A stretch of DNA of 64,000 nucleotides from assembly GCA_951406725.2 (NCBI GenBank), contig OX597830.1:79484001-79548000 (forward strand), written 5' to 3'. The stretch is from Octopus vulgaris. Its lineage: Eukaryota. Made by a program: the position numbers and the translations under genes. Under the pieces are notes generated by a model, which saw only the letters and a program-made list of their open reading frames with translations, had not been told where the DNA came from and searched no databases. Positions 13,685 to 28,790 of this stretch are shown piece by piece (positions within the stretch are counted from its first letter, which is position 1; each line of letters opens with the position of its first letter).

Positions 13685-13987
13685 TATGTGTGTGTGTGTA
13701 AAGATTTTTTACGAACATAATGTGACAATCCTGATTTGGACCAATGTTACTGTTATTTAGCCACAGGAAACAGGGTCTCCAGCTGGCTAACGACGCACTA
13801 TTCCCTTTCAAATAAGGGAGCTTAATGTCCTCACTCAGCTCAAAGCAATATCTGTGTATCAATGCTTTCAGGATTACTTCCCTTCATCAACATAGAATAA
13901 CTGTTCGACTAGAGATGGCGACACTAGTCACTTGTTTGATAGATATACTTTTCAAAATGACATAAAATAACTGATCTCAAAAATAGA

Positions 13988-14022
<35 letters not shown>

Positions 14023-14024
14023 TA

Positions 14025-14088
<64 letters not shown>

Positions 14089-14502
14089 CATATATTTTAT
14101 GGCTCTACTAATATGTGATATAGTAGCTGCAAATACTAAAAGCAGTATCCAACCATGCAAAAAGGAAAACTACTACACTGGCCATAATGTTATAATAAAT
14201 AGAAGCCTACTGTAAATATATAAAATATATAACACATATATATAGATCTACCAATAAGACAGTTCTACTAATTGGAAAAATAATAGATGGCTCTTCTAGT
14301 CTGAAGAATAATAGTTTGGTGTATCAGAATAAAAAAATAATAACTTGTACCAATGTGGGAAAATATATAAAAATATTCATAAACAAGATATACAACATTC
14401 GTTTTATATAAATTCATTGATGAAATTCTCAACAAAGTAGTCATCACAATTCATGCAAACAGATCAAGCGAAAATAAAATATAGGAATTTAAAAAGACTT
14501 AC

Positions 14503-14530
14503 AATTTTTCGCCAAAATATATCAACTGAT
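14503..14530 (-). CDS. Candidate micro-exon (D)QLIYFGEK
   Basis: Long polypyrimidine tract with ttttgcag| and donor |gtaagt; 28 nt, phase 1 to 2. Confidence 0.45.
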
Positions 14531-14919
14531 CTGCAAAATCGGCAAAAAATAGAAGAAAAATTGTTTTTGTATGAAATGGAATAAAGGAAATGTAAAAGGA
14601 ACTAAAATTTAAGGAATTATATGGCCTTTGAAAAGTTATACCAAGAGAAATTGATTCAGTCAGAGATGAAGGGTGAGAGGTAAGCAAAGAATAAAGGTAA
14701 GAATTTAGAAAGAGGTAATTTCTCAAAGAAAGACAAGTAGAAATGTAATGAAAATTCCTAAGAGTGGAAGAAAAGGTGGAGAAAACGCTATGTGACAGAG
14801 GCAAGTGACAAAGATAAGGAATCAAACCTTAAAAAATAGATCTATTCACAAACTCCCTCACACATATACATTTACAACTGTACCAATATAAAATAGGTCA
14901 TTAAATAAATATATCAAAC

Positions 14920-14943
14920 CATATCCATGTATATTTAGCGTTT
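14920..14943 (-). CDS. Candidate micro-exon TLNIHGY
   Basis: aattttacag| 24 nt |gtttga; phase 1 to 1. Confidence 0.25.
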
Positions 14944-15289
14944 CTGTAAAATTATATCCAATGAGGGCTCAGCCATTTAGGATAAGAATCAAACTTGGCA
15001 GTTTCATAGATACTTTGCAATTCAACTAGATTCACAGAATCCATATGGCTAATGTTCGTTTCTACTCTAGGTGCAAGGCATGAAATTGCATGCTGCATTT
15101 GCTTCATCTTATGCCCAACTTTTCTCTCAATACGTTTGCACTTTGTCATATATGCACACTGATATTGCACTTTTCCCCAGTCTACGCATGTTGTCTATAT
15201 TCATAGCCATTCATAGCCCATGTCTCGCTACCATGGAGTATAGCCATTCACACACAAGCATCATTTAATCTATTTTAACTCTGAGAAAG

Positions 15290-16370
15290 AGAGAGTCCTT
15301 TTCTTGCCAACAGAAGTAATAGTTCTCTGAACTTCCTCCATCCTATTCTTATTTTGAAAACAATATTTTCAGAGCATTGCTAATTTGGTCACCTAGGTAA
15401 CAGAAAATATCTACAACCACAAGAGAGCCTCCTGCGCATTTGAGAGAGTCCAAGTCCCCTGTGCTTTTAGAGATTATTGTTCCTGCACATGTCATATACG
15501 AAGACTTTATTTGTTAATCTACCTCTGATTCCACTATGCCTCTTATGTGTCCCTGGCTTACACTGGATGCAATGAATGGTATTACTTCCCACTCCTTTCC
15601 TACAAAGTGACCAATTTAAATGATGGAAATAGAGTCTTATCTGCTTTCTTGTTAACAACAACTTTGCTCTTTACTAGGTTAACTTTAAGGCCTTTGATTC
15701 TAGGTTTTTCTTCTGTACCTGAAATTTCTTCTCTAGTTCTACTATTGATTCGGCCAGAAGACCAAGATCATCAGCATATATTAGTTTTCTTTAGCATCCA
15801 GCTTTGAATTCCTCAGTTATGGTCTGGAGGACTATAATGAAAAAGTGTGGGCTGAGAACTGAACATTGGTGAACCCCTACTTGTATGCTAAGTTCCTCAC
15901 TGTATTCATGGCCGACTTCACCTTACTGACTGCATCACTTACATGGCTTGTGCATCTTTAACGAGTCACTGATCAATTCCTAACTTCCTTAGACACCATC
16001 AGATAACAGAGTGGGGTATCTGTCGAAAGCTTTCTCCAGGTCAATGAAAGTTAATTTTGGCCAAATACGTTTCCTGCAGCTGTTTCACTTGGAACATGGT
16101 ATCTGCGGCAGGTACAAAACAAAACTGCATCACATCTAGTCTAATTGTATACCTAATCAACTGAATTATAACCTTCTCAGTAACTTTCATGACCTGGTCT
16201 AGCAGTTTGGTACCTTTGTAGTTGTTTCTATATAAGGCATCACCTTTATCCTTGTTACAGCTAACTATAATACTACTACATCAGTCATTGAGGATGGTGT
16301 CTTACTGAATAACTCGATTAACTATACAGGTGGTTAGGCTGTATCCTACATCACCGTACATTTTAACTAT
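15290..16370 (-). mobile_element. RTE LINE RT fragment
   Basis: Minus-strand NYKGTKLLDQVMKV, FIDLEKAFDR, VGVHQ, LCRKGVGSNTIHCIQC. Confidence 0.8.
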
Positions 16371-17894
16371 GACGTTCAATTACAAAATGTATGGTACGTA
16401 GTATAGCAATCTGGAAATATTGCAATCTCTCTCCTCCCTCTCCAGCGAACAATACAAAATGCTGGTGAGCCAACAATCTATCAAGCTGCCATGTCTACGT
16501 AGTGTACAAGAACAACACTTTCAGATACTAATTTTCCATATGGAATTAGTTGGGCATGCATTCTCTCGTACAAGTTTTTAATCTCTTCCTATTCAACCTC
16601 AATACACATATGCACACTAACATAAACACTCACATCTTCCCAGGACTTTACAGACAGTGCTGCCAAATTAACACAGTTCTACTTAAATTAGTAAGAAACA
16701 TGGCCCCTAAATAGATTGAAAGTAAAGCAACATCTATCAACCCCACATTTTTTGCCAACAACACTGGAGAGCATTAAATACAGTCACTTATAAAACACGT
16801 ACACACACAACACACACACAAAATATTACGGTTCTTTGAACTGTGACAAAGACAAATTATTGGTTGAAATGGATATAATTATTAGATAGTCTGATACAGG
16901 AAAGATGGTTGCTGATATGCCAGACTTCAGTATTGTAAACGTCAGACCTCTGCACCAATACAACTCCATATTTGTTGGCTCCTTTGACAATAGTGCAGTG
17001 TCAAAGTTGTCAATGAGTTGTCAAAGGTGCAATGAGCTCCATCAGAATAATATTGATATATCTCAACTGCTAGTTTCAAAAGCAATCTTAAGAAAGCTGG
17101 TACATACTGATTGATAGATTCAACAATTTTGAATTGACCAAGAGCTCTCTTAGTGCTAATCATAATTTGATATTGAATAGACTCGTTTTCCACTTCAGAA
17201 CCAAAGAATATTTCATCTCATCAACTTCAAAAACCTGCTATTAAGCTCAGGTGAAACCCCAAATATATGTAATTCTCATATATGGGATGTTATAGTTGCT
17301 ACACACACAGATATCCTGAAACATATGAAAAAATATCCACGTGACTGATTAACTAGAAGGTACTCAATGAACGTCTAATCCAGAGACATGCAGACTTTTC
17401 TCTCTCACTCTCTCTCTCTCTCTCTCTCTGCCTTCCTACCATTATTGCAGTGGCCTTTTTTCTCAGGGTCAGGTGCTCTTGTGGCACCTCTAGATCATTT
17501 CGCCTCTTCCGTCACACATCTCACGTCCCTTTTAAGCCTTGCTATAAACATTACGCCCACTTTCCCTTCCTAGAACATTCGCTTTCTAAAATTCTCTCAC
17601 TGCATAGAGGAATGCTAATTGTCTCATTCTCATGAATCTCAGAAAGCCTGGTGAAGGCCAGGCATACGGCCCCTTTCCCCACGTAAATTCAATGAAAGAA
17701 AATTACCTTAATTAAATATAAAACATAGCACACTACACAGATAACAAAGTGTAAATTTGTATTATTTCTTAATGTTAGTCAGAAGAATTACAGATAAGAG
17801 ATTTTCAACAAGTATAGCTAAGTAACTCTTATCTTGTAATGAAGCACGGATGATATGTAATTAAAAAGTACCAAATGTGTTCTTCTTCTAATCT

Positions 17895-19935
<2,041 letters not shown>

Positions 19936-20384
19936 GTGCTCTTTCAAAGGTATCGACACCCTCCTTAACCTGTCTCCTCCATCTGTGGCGATGACATGCA
20001 TTGCTCACCCAGTCGGTCTCCTGCATATCACAAGCTTTTAATGAGGACTTGACAGTCCTCAAATCGCAGCCTTGGTTTCTGTCAGGGTCTCTTTCTACTA
20101 ACAAGTTCTCCATATAACCCCTCTTTAGAAAGGGTACGTATTCTTCATGAAGAATTTAAACACGCTGCTCAAAAGCGTATTGCTAGCGTAGTGAATGGGG
20201 AAAGGTTGGTTTGCAATGTTTGCAGTCATATATACTTACAAGATCAAGGCTCTTGTGCCACCAACGAACTGTAAATTCAAAATAAAAGTTTGTCCTAGGC
20301 GCACAATGTTCCTGAAGGTCAACAATGATCTTCCTTGGTCACGAACAGATGGCAATCATTTATAAATATATATATATATATTAT

Positions 20385-21353
20385 ATATTTATCTGGTTTG
20401 TAATACCTTTCGGAAAACAAATTAAATCGAACCTTCCCTTTCAGTTCCGTGAAGCCGTTGCTAGGAACTTTCCCAGAAATTCTAGATATCATTCTATTAT
20501 CAATTCCCACAAGATCAGAATAGCTTTCTCTAACACTAGGAATCTTTCACAAATTATATCTTCCCACAATAACAAGCTGTTAAACAAAGATTCTTCACCC
20601 AGGAGTTCCAACACTAATCTTGCCAATTCCAACCCATTATACAATCATAATAATAGGAATAGTATTAATAATAGCAGCATTAGTAGCAGCGAAAGTGTTA
20701 ACAATGATAATATTAATAATAGTATTAGTCGTGTTAATAACAATGGTAGTGTTGATGGTAACAACAATAACGGTATTATTGTCGGTGGTATTACTGGTTG
20801 TAATGCCATTAATAATACTAATAATAATAGAAATAGTGTAGTTGTTAGCGCTAATAATAATGGTAACAACAATCATAACAATAAAAACTTTGTCTCGATC
20901 TCGGAGGACAATCCCAACAGAATTAAATTTTTGTCTAGTAATTCTAAGATTAAGAATTCTATTTACCAGTGTAGAATTTCTTCCGGTACCGATGTCTTCT
21001 TCTATATAGGAGCGTCCACTTCCCAGTTATCCAAAAGAATTTCAAACCACTACTCAACATTCAGGGATAGTAAAAAACGACATAGCACAGGGCTAAGTAA
21101 ATTAGTTTGGCGTCTCAAAGACAACAATATAATTTTCAAGTTAGATTGGTTCATACTGTCTGTATCCTTTCCTTTTGATAAGGGCAGGAGATTTTGTAAC
21201 ATTTGTAACTCTGAACTCTTCCATATTATTTTCTCTAAGGTTCCCCTAGTAAACACACTCATAGAAAAAAATCGTACAAATGTAAACATTGGCAGAAACA
21301 CACTTTCTACTCATATAAATGATAACGGTAGTCACTGTGGTTTGAACAATTAG
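20385..21353 (+). mobile_element. Penelope-like element C-terminal region with GIY-YIG endonuclease (Naiad-type motifs) and an Asn-rich insertion
   Basis: IWFVIPF...HKIRIAFSNTRNLSQIISSHNNKLL; SIYQC...YIGAST..LSKRISNHYSTFR....STGLSKLVWRLKD....W.IL...CNICNSE. Confidence 0.85.
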
Positions 21354-21492
21354 CTTTACGTCCACCCCACTGCTATAGAGAAATTCTTTCCTAAGCCTTC
21401 GAACATTCTTTCAATCAATGTACCCTTCCCTCTCCAATTGTTCCCTACATATTATTCATTTATACCTTCTCTTCCTACTATCTATCCTTGAC

Positions 21493-21533
<41 letters not shown>

Positions 21534-22403
21534 GAAACTCAAGAAAGAGAAGAAAGAATAATAACATAGGAGGTGGAAAGGATAGACAGATACATACATA
21601 CATACATAGAAGTTAAAGTAGATATATATATAGATAGATGGAGGTTTCTTTTTAATTTAATGTGGTCAATTCCTCGAAATTACATTACAAAGCTCTTTTC
21701 TTTTTGTTCCTCCTTTCTTTCTTCTTTCCATTGTATACCTATCAACATATTTATTAATAAACACATTTTCTCAAAAGGACTGGTGACCTTTCAAAGATGT
21801 CAATTTTAGGAAGTAGGATTACTTCATAGGAAGTCCTATGAAAATGTATATTCCTTTACACTGTATAGTCAAGTCCCATATTCTGAGTAATTCTATGTTT
21901 TGCATGAACAATCATTAAATATTATTACAATACTCATAAATTAGGAAAATTAAGTCAGAATATAAAAAAGTAATTTGGTACTGTTTATAATTCAATCTAT
22001 TCTCTATATACATTTAATTAAACCTCATAAACAAGGTATATTGTATAATTAGCTGTAAATATATATATATATTTTTTAGTATCTTTCATCCATTTGTAGG
22101 ATTAATTTTTCTTTTTCTTGCTTGCTTGGACAAGAGAATTCAAAAGAGATCTTTTTCACGGATTACTTTGCCAGGTAGCTACATTAGATAACTTTGCTAA
22201 TCAGTCGTAAAATGGTTCTAGTATTCTTTCTCGGGTATATGTAAGTTCTATAAGAACAACAGTTGTTAAAATCCCAGTATTATATACACATATATATCGG
22301 ACGTTAAATGATGATGATGATGTTGATGATGATGATGTTGATGATGATACATATGAATAAATATATACCTGGAGTTTAACTCGGGTATAAATCAAATATT
22401 TTT

Positions 22404-22489
22404 ACTTTCGACACATGTTTCGAAAATTCCACTGATATTATTCAAAAGAATAAATGGTATAAACAATGCAATCTTCTCTTCAGGAAAGT
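22404..22489 (-). ncRNA. Minimal type I hammerhead ribozyme (Penelope-associated type)
   Basis: Minus strand: ACTTTC-CTGAAGA-GAAGATT...AATTTTC-GAAA-CATGTG-TC^-GAAAGT. 6-bp stem I, 7-bp stem II (one G-U), intact core, minimal palindromic stem III. Confidence 0.75.
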
Positions 22490-22994
22490 GAAAAAACGAA
22501 ACTCGTCAGTAAGACATTTTAGCAAAAAATGATGGATTTGTATAGTGATTAACTGAACGCTATTAATATTGTTTAAAAAACGTTATATAATATAACGTCA
22601 GAAGTAGCTTACAGAAAGAGTAGGGATATTAATAGTGAATGTTAAATACAAAGGAAATTAATGTTTAAATTATATATAATGATAGAGATTACTTATATGC
22701 ACTAAAGGTGTGTTTTTGCCAATGTTTACATATAATGTTTACAGCTGGTTAGTGAGGCAATCTGCACCCAATATATATTTCAAGCAGGCAAGCAAACCCT
22801 TATTATCTTGTAGCAGATGACAGGACCACTTGACCCTCCAATTTCAAGCTACTTGAGCTCCGTGGTGGAATGAACTACTGCTATCTCTAGCAGACAGGTC
22901 CACTACTGAGGATGAAAACAAATAGCTTGAAACCATTGATACATAGACACATCCATACATACATAATACATACAGAATGTTGATGATGATGGAG

Positions 22995-23026
<32 letters not shown>

Positions 23027-24709
23027 GATGATGACGACGACGACGACGACAATGATGATGATGATGATGATGATATCATGTCAAGACTTTTCAAAAAACA
23101 GTTTTATATTTCATTAATATGGTGAACACAATGCATATATAAGTAGAAGTGGTGTTGCTTTTATATAGTATAATAAACAGAAAAGTCATTTGAACTATTT
23201 TAAAGAAAGACTGAGCTCTTTTTATTTACATGTAGCACAGCATTATGTGTACATTTATGAAAATTAGATTTTGTATAAATTTATTAAAAGTTGGTATATT
23301 TTCATAACAGAAATGTAGTCACCCTTGCATTATCCTGCCATAATGAAACAGTGAAATACACCAAGTATCATCGAGATAATACATATAATAGTTTAACACT
23401 GCTATATTGTAGATAAAATTCACTCTCAGCCATCAATGTTCACGTTTTATGTTTATTCAATATCTGAAGAATTAGAATAATAGAAAAAAAAAACAGTGTC
23501 AGGTTAGTATGTGCACTGTTAAAGAAAGCAGATCTCCTTTCTTGGATTGTTGAATTTTCGTTTTGTTCTATTGCTAGGAAACAACAACTGTTTGATATGT
23601 TTGTATTTCATCATCCAAATATCAATTTTCTTTTAACACTTTTCCTCAGCTTTTAGGAATGCTAGAGTTTTTCTCAAAACATTTAAAAAAATTCTTGATT
23701 GGCTAATCTATCATTAGTGTTATCCCATTAATTAAACTGTTTAAATTAAACAGTGCTCTTTCCATACTGAAGAACTGCAAATGTTTTCCTCTTGTCAATA
23801 AAAACCAAATTCTGTTCTCAAAGCTAGGAGGATATTTTGATTCAAGCTGGAGCTTAATCATTTTGCTGATGTCACTGAAAGATCTAACTTACACACTAAG
23901 TCATTTAATTCAGTCTAGATCAGCAGGTTGTGCATAAGTTTTGTTCACAGGACTTCCAGATCATTAAAAACTTATTAGATATAACAACATACAATTCAGG
24001 TCAATGAGGCTCAGCTTTAAATGTCAAGAACAAGACTGAGTAATTCATTTTCGATTTGTATCCAGCATAAAAAAATACAAAATTAGGAATTGTCAAGATG
24101 ATTTGTTAGTTCTCAGCAGACCACTTGTCCAATAAAACTCATTCTCTTTCTTTTATTTTTGGTCCATTGCTTCAGATTTATATTCCAAGTTCAGTAAATG
24201 AAATGATTCATAGTTTGTTTTGATCACTTAATTTCACTCCAAAATACATGAAATACGGTCTTCTAATAAAGTCTTTAACAAATTTCAGTTGTTTCATTGT
24301 TTCAAATTATCCACGAATGTAATAGTGAATATCTGTGCTGCATACTCTCTGCAATTCAGGGAGTTTATCTGGAGAATATTTTCTTGGACTATATTGTATT
24401 AGTTGCTTTATTGTAATGATGGTATCTCATTATTATTAGCCTTTTACCTTACATTTTCATTTTCCAATTCTTTCAACATCATGTAGTGATTAGGCATTTA
24501 TGGTATTTATAATTTGTACGAAATTAACTTTAAGTTATTAATGCTCTAATTGTCTTGAGGTTGTTTATTATTGTTTAAATTGTCCAAATATATAAGAATA
24601 AAAATTGATATTTAAATTCTTTAAGAATCAGATATTTAAAGGTTTAGTGGTTTAGTGGGGTTTCGAAATATGATGAATAAAAGTTATCTGGAAATGTTTG
24701 TCTACTTAC

Positions 24710-24735
24710 TCATTATTCTTCTTTCTTCTTCCACA
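24710..24735 (-). CDS. Candidate micro-exon VEEERRIM
   Basis: Strong acceptor ctgttttattttctag| and consensus donor |gtaagt; 26 nt, open when entered in phase 2. Confidence 0.4.
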
Positions 24736-26049
24736 CTAGAAAATAAAACAGAATCATGCTAACTACTTAAAAAATAGCTATTAAAAACAAGAGTTTAATA
24801 GAATATAAATTTGAAGGGGCGAATATAGAACAGTAGCAAGCAAGAGAGAAAGAAGAATAACCACATCTAAAAATCCCAACAACGCACAAATATAGATGTA
24901 ACTGAAGGAACGAATTCATTTTGATTTCTTTCCTTTTAGTTTGAAATGTTCAAATGTGTGTGTGTGTGTGTGTGTGTGCGCACGTACATGCCTATTTTTC
25001 AAAATCAGGTGGTTTGACATGAGTAAATTTAATTTAAAAGCAAAAAGAGTAAAATACTCTGAGAACCTTATCACAAATAAAAGGAGGGAGGAAAATCTTT
25101 TCTATCTATAAATCAATGAAACAATATTAATAAAGACCAAACTGCAAAATAGCAACAGAAACAAGAATAGAAACATGTGGCAAGGCCAACAGTCATTTAT
25201 GTTTAAATCTGTCAGAACGATAAGATATACGTTGTTTGGGAAAAAAAGCAGCTCTTCAAAATAAAAACAAAATGATTTATTTGTGCAATCAAGAGAAATT
25301 TATTCAATAACAAACCCAGAATGTATAGCAAACTACATGGGACAATTAAAGAAAGATCCTTAAGATATTGTGTAACCCTGCATACATCGCAAATTCTCAA
25401 ATACTGGAGTACAAAAAAATAGAGCTCATAGAAAAGATAGACACAAGTACGAGTAAGAAAGGACCACATTTTACGAGCTTCTCTTTTATCAGTTTGTCAG
25501 TGGCATATCAAAGCAGTAACACATTAGGAAATAAATGATATTCTTAACAAAATACCGACAACTGCACAACCACTGTAGTAATATCCCGGTCATTAGTGTT
25601 AATCGGATTCAAGCAAAGATTATATGAGAAAAGCTGATGTGGGAGTGGAATACCAAAGTCTCATATAACTTCTTAAGTATTCTTAAATATCTGATAGACT
25701 TTGCCTTGATATCCTAAATACGGTCTTGCGAACTTGGTCAAATTGCAGTGGATCATGCAGGTCATATTTAGAGAGGGTCTTCATTAGGGTAGTAAATGAC
25801 CATGATATGAATTGTTCACAGATTCAGATTGCTGGCTTCCCTGAACACAAATTCAGGAACTTTACAGTTCTCAGCACGGAATGATGTCAGGGATTGTGTT
25901 AGAATGCTGGTCAAACAGGAATTAACAGTAGCTATCATCCATGACATGTGGTGGGTTCCTCTAAAAGGAAAGCCATACTGGCATCTGTTAGTTTAGACAA
26001 ACTAATTAGTAACTTAGATTTTTGTACCTTGACAATCTCTTCACTTCTT

Positions 26050-26420
26050 TTTGGACAATAGTTTGACCAACAGGTCTTCACAAGCAGAGTTTAGTGTCCA
26101 ATGAAGGAAAGGTATGCATAAGTGGCCTAGTTACACCCCTGGCATAGGCCATGAGGTTGCGGTCTTACTTGGCTTGCCGGGTATTCTCAAGCACAGCATA
26201 TTTCCAAAAGTCTTGGTCGCAAGTCATTGCCTCGGTGAGGCCTAATGTTCGATGGTCGTGCTTCACCACTTCATCCCAGGTCTTCCTGGGCCTACATTTT
26301 CCACTGGTTCCCTAAACTGCTAGGGTGTGGCACTTTTTCACACAGCTATCCTCATCCATTCTTGCCACATGACCATACCAGCACGGCCATCTCCCTTGCA
26401 CACCACATCTGATGCTTCTT
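26050..26420 (-). mobile_element. RTE LINE 3' fragment
   Basis: Minus strand RSIRCGVQ..PCWYGHVARMDEDSCVKKCHTL..GRPRKTWDEVVKHD. Confidence 0.8.
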
Positions 26421-26432
26421 TTATTATTATTA

Positions 26433-26920
26433 GTGCCTTTGTACAGCTTCTAATGCTAGAGATGTACAACAGTGTCAGCTGTTCACTACCAGTGAACTAA
26501 GGTAACACATCCTATTTTCAAGCACCTTCCGGAGTATTCGAGAGGTTCCAAGCAGTGCTGTTTTCTGCAAGTGCTCCACCCTTATTGCAGCCCCTATTTG
26601 TTGAGCACCATTTTCATCTACTGGGTTGCTTAGGTAGTAACACACCATGAACAAAGCATTAATTTGCTTGCTCCATCTATGCCATGTGAGGTGGCCCCTT
26701 TCCAGAATCTCTAAGCCCACCGGGTGTACCACTGTCACTGTCAGTGGCTTCAGTTTCATTACCACCATTATTCACGATATTTTGTTTATTCATTGTCACT
26801 CATATGAGGTAGTGATTATCAGGTTGCGCAATTACCAGTGCTTTTATTGTGACACCATCACTAGATGTATCATTAATCAGGACATGGAGAGACTCGGGGA
26901 GACTCTACTCACTCCTTTCA
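26433..26920 (-). mobile_element. Internally deleted R4/Dong derivative (5' and 3' ends fused), flanked by (ATT)n
   Basis: 26433-26602 matches 57458-57625 (3' end) and 26603-26880 matches 59333-59640 (5' end). Confidence 0.8.
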
Positions 26921-27024
26921 TTATCATTATTATTATCATTATTATTATTATTATTATTTGTTTATCACAGGTTTTGTTGGACCTCCTCATCGACAAAATT
27001 CGACTATTTTTGAGAAAGTTGGCA

Positions 27025-27395
27025 CCAGCCGAGTAAGAGTGGCTGTGTGGTAAGAAGCTTGCTCCCCAACCACACGTTTCCAGGTTCAGTCTCACTGCAT
27101 GACACTTTGGGCAACTATCTTCTACTATAGCCTCAACCGACCGAAGTCTTGTGGGTAGATTTGATAGACGGAAACTGAAAGAAGCCCGTCCTTTATGTGT
27201 GTGTTGTGTCCTTCCCCCATCGCTTGACAACCGATGTTGGTATGTTTATGTCCCGTAACTTAGCGGTTCAGCAAAAGAGACCGATCAATAAGTACTAGGC
27301 TTACAAAGAATAAGTTCCTGGGGATGATTTGTTCGACTAAAGACGGTGTTTCAGCATGGCCGAAGTCAAATGACTGAAACAAGTAAAAGAATAAG
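27025..27395 (+). mobile_element. tRNA-derived SINE
   Basis: A-box-like gtggctgtgtggtaaga and B-box-like ggttcagtc; body shared with the 7910 copy; A-rich tail. Confidence 0.8.
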
Positions 27396-27399
27396 AAGG

Positions 27400-28790
27400 T
27401 GAAACCTATTCTGAAGAAATGGTGAACATGCTATCAAAGATTTTCCATGAAAAATGCTCTTTATTTAATACACGCTGGCAATGCATGAATATTACAAAAA
27501 GGAGGACAAAGATTTTATTACATATGCTGGAATCGTTAATAGGAAATGGAAGTGATTCAAAATTAAAAAATTAATAACACTTCTCATACCAAAATTGAAT
27601 TATGTTTGAATGCTTAATTTTCTTATAAGGTTTTACAGCAAAGAAAGATACGGAAATTCGTAGCCGAATTCTGACTAAATTAGAGCAGAATCAGAAGCTA
27701 ACTCTACAAGAAATATCCGAGGAATGCCTGAGAATAATAAGTCTAAGGCACGATACGGAACAAATTAGTATAAGAAATTGCTCTCATTTACAGTCGTTGC
27801 AAACAAAAGTAAGTAATGTAAAGGAGAAAATTTACAGTCAGTGTGGCTTAAAGTAAGAAATGAAAAGTAGAAAATTAACCCATGTTTTGGATGTGGAGAA
27901 TTACACAACAGATTCGACTGGCAAAAATGCTTCAAATGCGGTAAGATAGGTAAAAAAAAATCACACTCTAAAACAAAACTTAGAAGATAGTTCAACAGAA
28001 AAAATCATGTAAATTGTTTATCAGTGACAGGAAATACAAACGGTACTCAAAGGAAATTTGGGGATGTAAAAATTAATAACACAAATGTAAAGTTACAGTA
28101 AGATGCAGGTAGTGACATTACTTTAGTTAATGAAACCACATGGAAAACTATTGGGAAACCTACGTTACAAGAAACCTCGAAAATTGCACGTGGAGTCTCG
28201 GGAATTAAATTAAATTTTAAAGGTGAAACTACCTGTAGCATTAAATTTCGCAGTACGATTATAAAAGCGAAAGCTTATGTATTAAAATCATACAAGCAAC
28301 CTTTTTATAACTGACTGGATAGAATTGTTCAACTTATCGGATTTACCCATAAATAAGTAATGCAGTTGTGCACCAGTTCTAATTCAGAATCAGAAATATT
28401 ATTAAAAGAAGTGAAAAGGTTGTTCACTGATATTTTTTCGGATGAGTTGGGTTGGTGCAATAAATTTTAAGCCAAATTTCAGGTAAGGGAAAACTCATTA
28501 CCAGTTTTCAAACCCAAACGCAATATATCGTGTGCTGCCCTGGAACAATTAGAAAGACTGAACAAAATGGGAATGATTGAACATATCGTCTATTCTCAAA
28601 TAATGTGTGTAAACAAGAATAATAATAAAGTTCATGTACGTGCAGATTTATCGACGTGACTAAACAAATGTTTAAGACAGTATAACTGCCCATAACATAG
28701 CCCAGATGAAATATTATCGAAATTAAATGGTGATAAATTGTTCTCGAAATGAGACATTTCTGATGTTTAATTATAAGTGGAAGACGAATG
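27400..28790 (+). mobile_element. Degenerate Ty3/Gypsy gag-protease-RT fragment
   Basis: IRSRILTKLEQNQKLTLQEISEEC; CFGCGELH; protease-like LQ*DAGSDITLVNETTWKTIGKPTL; VHVRAD; PDEILSKLNG. Confidence 0.75.

Noticed and set aside
16942-17240. TRPM MHR3 exon (KYSLVLKWK resembling LSLALAWN)
   Set aside because: Similarity is weak, the phase is wrong, and a stop follows with no donor.
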